Virus record (IMG/VR): IMGVR_UViG_3300045988_000550
Coordinates: 1-5,754 of that record
DNA: 5,754 nucleotides
Strand: one strand, 5' to 3'
Source of the DNA: a virus
The notes below the pieces were generated by a model. The model saw only the letters and a list, made by a program, of their open reading frames with translations. It had not been told where the DNA came from and did not search any database. Position 1 is the stretch's first letter. The number at the start of each line of letters is the position of its first letter. Positions 1 through 4,855 of the stretch are shown one piece after another. The position numbers were made by a program, and so were the translations under genes.

Positions 1-119
1 CCTTTTTTTGTTCCATGTGGAACATTACAGCCGGATGCCGCCCCGGCTGACCTTCGGACGTACGTTGATGTTCTTCGTCCGCTTTGCGGTCTGCGTAAAA
101 CGCTGCTGGTCGCCACGTC
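1..119. repeat. Terminal direct repeat, left copy. It is identical to 5636-5754 and is the signature of a circular genome assembled with an end overlap. Unique genome length is 5635 nt.
   Basis: Base-by-base comparison: cctttttttgttccatgtggaacattacagccggatgcc...ctggtcgccacgtc occurs at 1-119 and again at 5636-5754 with a constant offset of 5635. Genes and ribosome-binding sites are continuous across the junction. Confidence 0.95.
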
Positions 120-141
120 CTGCGCCGCTACGATGTGCCAT
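25..141 (-). CDS. Small Arg/Lys-rich DNA-binding/packaging peptide (phiX174 J-like, gokushovirus ORF8/VP8-like), 38 aa: MAHRSGAGRGDQQRFTQTAKRTKNINVRPKVSRGGIRL
   Basis: Hand translation of the minus strand gives ATG at rc 139-141 and TAA at rc 25-27. An SD of GGGGG (rc 149-153) lies 7 nt upstream of the ATG. The peptide has 7 Arg, 3 Lys and 1 Asp. Its C-terminal RGGIRL resembles the RGG-x-R-F/L ending that I recall for SpV4 and chlamydiaphage ORF8 peptides. It sits about 25 nt downstream of a near-consensus promoter. It is absent from the ORF track because of its size. Confidence 0.65.
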   Translation of the reverse strand: MAHRSGAGRGDQQRFTQTAKRTKNINVRPKVSRGGIRL

Positions 142-170
142 TGTGTTACCCCCTTTCGTTCTTTGTCTTT

Positions 171-198
171 ATTGTATTAAAAAAAGAGGGCTTGTCAA
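171..198 (-). promoter_or_regulatory. Sigma70-type promoter: TTGACA (rc 193-198), 16-nt spacer, TACAAT (rc 171-176). It would drive the J-like, lysis, scaffold and capsid gene block.
   Basis: The minus strand reads cTTGACAagccctctttttttaaTACAATaaagaca. The -35 hexamer is a perfect consensus and the -10 matches 5 of 6 positions. It is positioned just upstream of the first SD/ATG of the long gene block. Confidence 0.5.
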
Positions 199-205
199 GC
201 CCTCT
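178..205 (-). terminator. Rho-independent terminator ending the rep/60-aa ORF transcription unit.
   Basis: The inverted repeat agagggcttg (185-194) / caagccctct (196-205) is perfect. It gives an effective 8-bp GC-rich stem with a 5-nt loop. On the minus strand it is followed by a run of 6-7 U (plus-strand A run at 179-185). The TGA stop of the 60-aa ORF sits in the loop. Confidence 0.75.
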
Positions 206-377
206 CAGTGAAGTATATTTCTATTTCTTCGACTTTGTACAGCGAATAGATTCCTTCGTGTTCGTTTGCGTAGTCCTTTGCTCTTCGCTTTGCGTTTTTC
301 GGTTCGTCATTGATTTTCAGTACCGTGGTCATTTTGTCGTCGTCTTTCCATGCTCTCAGTTCGTATTTGTGCTTCAT
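195..377 (-). CDS. Hypothetical 60-aa protein of unknown function: MKHKYELRAWKDDDKMTTVLKINDEPKNAKRRAKDYANEHEGIYSLYKVEEIEIYFTERA
   Basis: This is ORF-track ORF 195-386. I prefer the internal ATG (rc 375-377) because GGAAGGTG lies 6 nt upstream of it, whereas the track start is a GTG that lies inside that SD. The ORF ends in the terminator hairpin. I recognise no family. Confidence 0.5.
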   Translation of the reverse strand: MKHKYELRAWKDDDKMTTVLKINDEPKNAKRRAKDYANEHEGIYSLYKVEEIEIYFTERA

Positions 378-399
378 TTCTAGCACCTTCCCTTCTGTG

Positions 400-413
400 A
401 TTATATTCTATCA
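400..413 (-). promoter_or_regulatory. Candidate extended -10 promoter for the 60-aa ORF, reading TGaTAGAAT and overlapping a TATAAT.
   Basis: The minus strand reads aaaatatGATAGAATATAATcacagaagGGAAGGTGctagaaATG. TGATAGAAT is rc 405-413 and TATAAT is rc 400-405. I found no convincing -35 element. Confidence 0.3.
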
Positions 414-485
414 TATTTTACCGAAAAAGTTTCCCTAGGATAGGAGCGCCATTAAACTCCCGCCCGCGGGCGCTCATTTTGATAA

Positions 486-502
486 GACCGGCAAGGCCGG
501 TC
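486..502 (-). other. GC-rich hairpin downstream of rep, gaccggc-aag-gccggtc. It may be a weak terminator or a structural element.
   Basis: Perfect 7-bp stem (486-492 / 496-502) with a 3-nt loop, 58 nt after the VP4 stop. The downstream minus-strand tract is uuaucaaaau, which is a poor U-run. Confidence 0.35.
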
Positions 503-559
503 AGACTGTTGGCGCGCTCCGTCAGACTTTTCCGCCGTCGCTCACCCTGCTTTATTCAG

Positions 560-1555
560 CTATAAGGTTTCTTTCGGCTCTCGCCATTTTTGTTTTTGCT
601 TGTCCTTTTCTTTCTGGATTTCGAGATATGTTGAATACGGTACGCTTGTGTTTTGCTCAAGGTTTACGAGACTTAGCACCGCGTTTCTCCTTCTCTTGGC
701 TCTTACCTCTCTCAGCTCGTTAGAATGGGCCTTGAAATAGCTCTCAGCGTCTTGGCTGGTATCCTTATCGAGTAGCTTATCAAAGTATCTTGGTGGCTTT
801 TTCTGCCGTCCTCCGGCGCACGTTATATTATCAGTCTCGAGTATTTCGCTCATGTGCTCTTTAAGATATTTCTCCCCGATGCCTTTGGACATGATTCTAA
901 ACTCTGGTTCTCTGCCTTGCATCCAGTATTTTGCATTCTGCTCTGCGCCGATGGCCTTTTTATTGACATACTGCGCTACATACGCATAAGAACCCGGTGC
1001 CGCTGGTGAGAAGTCTACAAAGCCTTTTCCCCAGAGGTTTGTTAGCCACTCGCTCTTGAAGTACGAGTTGCCTTTCTGGTTTTTGTACCATTGTCCATCC
1101 TCTGGCTTTAGTCCAAAGAAAATACCGTGATAGTGCGGTCGCTTTGTCCTGTCTCCGTACTCTCCTGCTATGAAGTATTTTATTGGCTTCTTGTATGCCT
1201 TTCTTAGACGTTTTAGAAATAGCTGCACGTCTCTTTTACTTACTGTCTGAGATTGGATACTCTGGTAGCCTTTCAGGATTTCTCCGTATGGTACATGGTC
1301 CTCGTCATAGGTCATCGTAACGAAGATTACGTCTTCCCAGTCTTTCGCCTCAAGCTCGATTCTCGTTGCCCATTGGTCCGCTGTTTGCTTTCTGCAATAC
1401 TCACACTGCCCGCAAGGCAATAACGCGAGGTTTCCTCTTTTGACGCCGTCCATGATGGTTATTTCTAGGTTCTGTTTCTTGAGGTTTCTTAAACTTCCCC
1501 ACATTCGCGGCTTTTTCTCGTTCATTACAAAAACATTTGGATTTGTACATGGCAT
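560..1555 (-). CDS. VP4: Replication initiation protein, an HUH rolling-circle endonuclease (Microviridae VP4 / phiX174 A-like), 331 aa.
   Basis: Motifs seen in the translation: CGQCEYCR (residues 48-55), FVTMTYD (motif I, 78-84), PHYHGIFFG (HUH motif II, H141/H143) and YAYVAQYVNKK (Y192-x3-Y196, the paired catalytic tyrosines). The N-terminal MPCTNP resembles other gokushovirus VP4 proteins. An in-frame TAG 27 nt upstream prevents any extension of the ORF. Confidence 0.93.
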   Translation of the reverse strand: MPCTNPNVFVMNEKKPRMWGSLRNLKKQNLEITIMDGVKRGNLALLPCGQCEYCRKQTADQWATRIELEAKDWEDVIFVTMTYDEDHVPYGEILKGYQSIQSQTVSKRDVQLFLKRLRKAYKKPIKYFIAGEYGDRTKRPHYHGIFFGLKPEDGQWYKNQKGNSYFKSEWLTNLWGKGFVDFSPAAPGSYAYVAQYVNKKAIGAEQNAKYWMQGREPEFRIMSKGIGEKYLKEHMSEILETDNITCAGGRQKKPPRYFDKLLDKDTSQDAESYFKAHSNELREVRAKRRRNAVLSLVNLEQNTSVPYSTYLEIQKEKDKQKQKWREPKETL

Positions 1556-1606
1556 ATTGTCTGGCCCAAGCTTACTTGTCTATCTTGGGCCAGTTGACAC
1601 CTCCTT
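1556..1606 (-). promoter_or_regulatory. Split ribosome-binding site of VP4: AAGGAGGTG, then 4 nt, then a 33-nt perfect hairpin, then 5 nt, then ATG.
   Basis: SD AAGGAGGTG is rc 1598-1606. The hairpin arms are ctggcccaag (1561-1570) and cttgggccag (1584-1593), a 10-bp perfect stem with a 13-nt loop. The ATG is at rc 1553-1555. Confidence 0.6.
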
Positions 1607-1638
1607 TCTTTGTTATGTCTTCGTGACGCTACGAAAAC

Positions 1639-1675
1639 ATATATATATAACTTGTTGTAGTAGTAGTAGTAGTAG
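1639..1675. repeat. Two adjacent microsatellites: (AT)5 at 1639-1649 and (GTA)6 at 1657-1675.
   Basis: Read directly from the sequence: catatatatataacttgttgtagtagtagtagtagtagcg. Confidence 0.9.
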
Positions 1676-1676
1676 C

Positions 1677-1856
1677 GTTGAAACTGTTGAAAACTCTAAT
1701 TTATAGCGTTGATACGCGTAATTATCGCCCCTTTTCCTGTTGAAAGTTTTGTTCAAAACTTGTTGAAATGTTGAAAACTCTTTTTTGTCCTCAACTATGG
1801 TTGTTTTTCCTGTTGAAAACTCTGTGGAAACTGTTGAAAACTAAAGTTTTCCACAA
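1677..1856. repeat. Iteron-like array of GTTGAAAAC (GTTTTCAAC on the coding strand). There are 4 perfect and at least 6 degenerate copies, one of them inverted.
   Basis: Perfect gttgaaaac starts at 1686, 1770, 1812 and 1833; the first three extend to gttgaaaactct. Variants are at 1677 (gttgaaac), 1739 (gttgaaag), 1751 (gttcaaaac), 1762 (gttgaaat), 1824 (gtggaaac) and, inverted, 1846-1854 (gttttccac). A 14-bp repeat, ttttcctgttgaaa, occurs at 1732 and 1805. Confidence 0.85.
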
Positions 1857-1861
1857 TTTGT

Positions 1862-2716
1862 TTAATTTCCTGTGTACCCTCTCATCAGGTTTGTGTTCGG
1901 CATCAGCGGCACGTTTTTTAAGTGGTCGCTCCACTTTTCTGCCCCTTGGTCGATTCTTTCTCCTGCTTTGTTTCCAAGGTCTTTCGCTACATTGCCTATA
2001 TCGGTCAGCTTGTCGCCCAGCGCGTTGGCCATATAGGTATAATCTGCCACCTGTTTTGCGCTTGACTGTGCAAGACTGCTTGCGGCCTCGTTCCAGCTTT
2101 TTGCCGAGTGGTATTGTTTTGCGCTTGTGGCCTTTTTTGCCAGTTCCAAATACCTGTTTGCCAGTTCTGCCGTGTTGTTGCCGTACTCGTACATCGCTGA
2201 GACAGATGCTGCTTGTGCGCTCTGTTGGTTGTATCGCTGTGTTCCGATGCTTGCGCTTGCTCCTGACGGTGTTGCCGTTGCTCCGTTGTTCGCTGCCAAA
2301 ATCGGGTTGATTCCTGCTGCTATCATGTCCTTTACGGTGTCCTGATACGCTGTGCCTCTCATTTCCCTTTCGAAGGCTCGTTCCGCCGCTGCTTCTGCGG
2401 AGTTGTATTTTTTTGCTGAGGCTTGGCTTCCTGCGTTCATCGCGTTGCTTAGCATCGAACTGAGGAAGCTTGCTAAGTTGGCGTTGGTTACGCTCCCTTG
2501 GTTGCTGTACGTTCCGAACCCTGTTGGCGTTCCGATTTGCGTTGAGCCGATTTGCTGTGGAGCTGTTGGACTTCCCGTGGTTGTTTCGTTTCCGCTGGTG
2601 GTTTCTTCTCCACTCTGTTTTGTGCTTGTTGCGCTGGAGCTGTTAGAACTTGTTATGATGTTGCTTAGCATGCTAAGTCCTTGCATCACAAAAGGCATCC
2701 ATGATAAAAGACTCAT
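1862..2716 (-). CDS. VP2: Minor capsid / DNA pilot protein (Microviridae VP2, functionally phiX174 H-like), 284 aa.
   Basis: It lies immediately after VP1. The central motif TAYQDTVKDMIAAGINPILAA matches the conserved VP2 core (tAYQ..v.D...AGlNP.La). The flanks are low-complexity and rich in Ser, Thr, Gly, Ala, Gln and Asn, which is typical of VP2. Confidence 0.88.
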   Translation of the reverse strand: MSLLSWMPFVMQGLSMLSNIITSSNSSSATSTKQSGEETTSGNETTTGSPTAPQQIGSTQIGTPTGFGTYSNQGSVTNANLASFLSSMLSNAMNAGSQASAKKYNSAEAAAERAFEREMRGTAYQDTVKDMIAAGINPILAANNGATATPSGASASIGTQRYNQQSAQAASVSAMYEYGNNTAELANRYLELAKKATSAKQYHSAKSWNEAASSLAQSSAKQVADYTYMANALGDKLTDIGNVAKDLGNKAGERIDQGAEKWSDHLKNVPLMPNTNLMRGYTGN

Positions 2717-2717
2717 T

Positions 2718-2744
2718 TAAAAATAGCCGGGTTTTTGCCCGGCT
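2718..2744 (-). terminator. Intrinsic terminator/attenuator hairpin between VP1 and VP2. It also separates the VP2 SD from its ATG.
   Basis: agccggg (2725-2731) pairs with cccggct (2738-2744) around a 6-nt loop. On the minus strand the hairpin is followed by aUUUUUaa and then ATG (rc 2714-2716). The GGAG SD (rc 2747-2750) lies 2 nt upstream of the stem. Confidence 0.55.
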
Positions 2745-2754
2745 TTCTCCTTTC

Positions 2755-4401
2755 TTAAATTCTTTCGATGCCGGGAATGCTATAGATGGGCATTTCCCTG
2801 AACCATGATTCGTCATACCAGAAGTCACAAAGGAACTGGTGTGCTTTTGCGCTTGTTACCGCAATCGTGCGGTCAATGTTTTCGCGGCCTTCCTGAATCC
2901 ATTCTGCCGATAGTTTCGGGAGTTGGTCGTAGTCGTCTGCATAGTGCCATGCATCCAGAGGCGTTTTGTAGTTAGACCGCATTTCTCCGGTCACATAGGA
3001 CGGTTTGTATCTATAATCGGCCCAGCATTCCTGATAGCCGAAAATTTCGCCGTCTTTGTCTGTGCCTTGTGCGTAGATTTCCCGGTTATAAACCGGCTGT
3101 TCGCCGAGTGCCGCTAGTCTCGGGTCGTAGTATGTGAATCTGCCGCCCCGCGTCCACTTGGTAGCGAGTCCCTGCTGGTAGCTGTGGTCTACTCGTACCA
3201 CTGCCAGACCGATGATATAACCGTACTCGGTTGCCGCGTAGTCTACCATCTGTTTGCTACAGGTCGTCAGGCTGTATGCCGCTGTGTTGCCCAGTGCCTG
3301 GCCGGTCTGTGGGTCTGTCTGGCTTGTCTGGATGACCTGATTGACATTGATAGCGATTCTCTGCCCGCCGATGTACTCCGGAATCTGGAGACGGCTGTCT
3401 GGACTCGTCACTCCCCACGTTCCGGAAAGGAACTCGCGGTAGCGTGTGCCATTTCTGGCATCGGCTTCGAAGATGTGTTGCAGTGCAATGGCTTGCCGCA
3501 GGTCGTTTATGGTTGGTGCTGCTGCCGTTGTGAGGTCTGCTCTCAATGCCAGCTCTCCTTCCTTGACATTACTCGGCCAAGCTGTGAGCCCGTAGTCTCT
3601 TTTTTCTCCTTCACTATTTTCTGCGTAATTAATGCCGATATTTGAAAAGCTGGTGCTATTCTTGTATACGTTGTCGGTGACTTCGAGGTTTTCTGCGTCG
3701 ATGTAGTATCCCATTATTTTTGCGCTTTTTCCTATCGGAATCGTTACCGCCTCAGTATTTTTCAACGGCGAAGGAAGGCATGACGTGAAGTAGTCATGGA
3801 ACTTACCAGCTCTTGCCGGTTTCATCGCGTACAGCGTTGCTTCGTTGTTGTTGGCCGTCTTGTCGATGGCGTTTGCGCTCGCCGTCTCTTTGTTGGCGTC
3901 TGCGTTCGTGCCGCCGTCATCTGACTTTTTGTAGCCCAGCATCAACGGTGCTTCGAGGTTTTCGTCTCGAAACCATTCGTTGTAAATCATCGCATAGGCT
4001 CTTGCCGGGAGCGCGTTTACTTTAAGCGCGTTGGTTACTTCGGTAGGCAGTCCGAAATAGTCTCCGATACTGCCGTTAGCAAGGCCGCTTTTGCCGCCGA
4101 TGGTGCATTGCGGAGTGCTGTACTCCGTTTTTTCCGCCCAGTAGTCGGTATTGTTCTCGCCGAACATATTTTCAAAGTGCTCCCACAGGAGACGTGACGG
4201 CACAAAGAAAAAGTATGTGTCCATGTAACAGTTATCCATGATAGGATAGATAGGCGTACTCATGCGAATAAGGCCGTTCAGCTTTACTCTCGCGGTATCA
4301 CCCGGTAGCACTTCGTCCATATAGATAGGCACTAACTCGCCCTCGTTGATGGTCGTTAGCAGCTGGTGTCCTCGGTCAAATTTAGACCGTGGTCTTTGCA
4401 T
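2755..4401 (-). CDS. VP1: Major capsid protein (Microviridae VP1 / F-protein family), 548 aa.
   Basis: The N-terminus SKFDRGHQLLTTINEGELVPIYMDEVLPGDT followed by DTYFFFVPSRLLWEHF is the hallmark of the Phage_F capsid fold. The size is typical of gokushovirus-like VP1 proteins. Confidence 0.95.
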   Translation of the reverse strand: MQRPRSKFDRGHQLLTTINEGELVPIYMDEVLPGDTARVKLNGLIRMSTPIYPIMDNCYMDTYFFFVPSRLLWEHFENMFGENNTDYWAEKTEYSTPQCTIGGKSGLANGSIGDYFGLPTEVTNALKVNALPARAYAMIYNEWFRDENLEAPLMLGYKKSDDGGTNADANKETASANAIDKTANNNEATLYAMKPARAGKFHDYFTSCLPSPLKNTEAVTIPIGKSAKIMGYYIDAENLEVTDNVYKNSTSFSNIGINYAENSEGEKRDYGLTAWPSNVKEGELALRADLTTAAAPTINDLRQAIALQHIFEADARNGTRYREFLSGTWGVTSPDSRLQIPEYIGGQRIAINVNQVIQTSQTDPQTGQALGNTAAYSLTTCSKQMVDYAATEYGYIIGLAVVRVDHSYQQGLATKWTRGGRFTYYDPRLAALGEQPVYNREIYAQGTDKDGEIFGYQECWADYRYKPSYVTGEMRSNYKTPLDAWHYADDYDQLPKLSAEWIQEGRENIDRTIAVTSAKAHQFLCDFWYDESWFREMPIYSIPGIERI

Positions 4402-4426
4402 TCGCGGTACTTGCGCGAAATGCGAT

Positions 4427-4855
4427 TCACTGTTCCGGTTTATCGTCGCTCACCTCTTCCTTTTTTTCTTCTTCCTTCGGCGGTTCGGTCTTCTGCGTCT
4501 GCTTCATCTGCGTCTGCTTCAGCTGCTTCAGCGTTTCCGCCGCCGTCTGTGCTCTCTCGTGCATCGTTACTACGTCCTTCGGCAGGTTTTCCAGCGGCGT
4601 TCCCTCGGTGTATACCATGCTCTTTGCCTTGACGCTCACGTCGCCAGCTTCCAGCCGTGCGATTGCGCTTGCGAGGTCGTAGCCCTCACCGGCCCGCTGG
4701 ATTTCCTCGTATACGTTCTCGGGCGGCTGTTCGATGTATTCGGTTGTGCCGTTCGGTCGCTTCACCGCCTTCCACGTCGGTGCCGTCTCTGAGCCTGCCT
4801 TGTTCGGCACTCTCTTGGTAGGCATCCCGAAGAACCTCACGTTAGGATTTTCCAT
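4427..4855 (-). CDS. VP3: Probable internal scaffolding protein (VP3-like), 142 aa, with a low-complexity Lys/Glu/Gln C-terminal tail.
   Basis: ATG at rc 4853-4855 with GGAG 7 nt upstream. The segment ENVYEEIQRAGEGYDLASAIARLEAGD...NLPKDV resembles the N-[IV]-Y-E-x-I-Q ... E-x-G-D ... P-x-x-[LV] pattern that I recall from gokushovirus VP3 proteins. This assignment is from memory, not from a search. Confidence 0.6.
   Translation of the reverse strand: MENPNVRFFGMPTKRVPNKAGSETAPTWKAVKRPNGTTEYIEQPPENVYEEIQRAGEGYDLASAIARLEAGDVSVKAKSMVYTEGTPLENLPKDVVTMHERAQTAAETLKQLKQTQMKQTQKTEPPKEEEKKEEVSDDKPEQ
4492..4530. repeat. In-frame 15-bp tandem duplication (tctgcgtctgcttca x2) plus a partial 9-bp unit, inside the VP3-like gene.
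   Basis: 4492-4506 equals 4507-4521, followed by gctgcttca at 4522-4530. Together they encode LKQLKQTQMKQTQKT. Confidence 0.85.

Noticed and set aside
11-24. Palindrome gttcca-tg-tggaac (also at 5646-5659) as a terminator after the J-like gene.
   Set aside because: A 2-nt spacer cannot form a hairpin loop, and on the transcribed strand it is followed by an A-run rather than a U-run. It is more plausibly a protein-binding palindrome, and it is noted under the iteron finding.
28-135. The GC-rich, hairpin-containing patch as a structured ncRNA or tRNA-like element.
   Set aside because: The patch is fully explained by the Arg/Gly-rich 38-aa coding sequence. I could not trace any cloverleaf or conserved ncRNA architecture.
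1561-1593. The hairpin loop cttacttgtctat contains ACTTG, reminiscent of the phiX174 origin core CAACTTG/ATA, which suggested a Rep nick site.
   Set aside because: The ACTTG reads on the window's plus strand, which is the complement of the virion (coding-sense) strand. The origin should be on the virion strand. The match is only 5 nt. The RBS-bridging explanation fits the context better.
1836-1851. The A/U-rich hairpin gaaaac-taaa-gttttc just after the VP2 stop as the VP2 terminator.
   Set aside because: The stem is almost entirely A-U and is not followed by a U-tract on the transcribed strand. It is a by-product of the inverted iteron copy.
1677-1856. The GTTGAAAAC repeat cluster as a CRISPR array or CRISPR-repeat mimic. 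The motif resembles the ...TTGAAAC 3' ends of some CRISPR repeats.
   Set aside because: The units are only 9-12 bp and are irregularly spaced 8-84 bp apart. There are no 25-40 bp unique spacers. One copy is inverted. This is iteron/operator-like architecture, not CRISPR. A decoy role is pure speculation.
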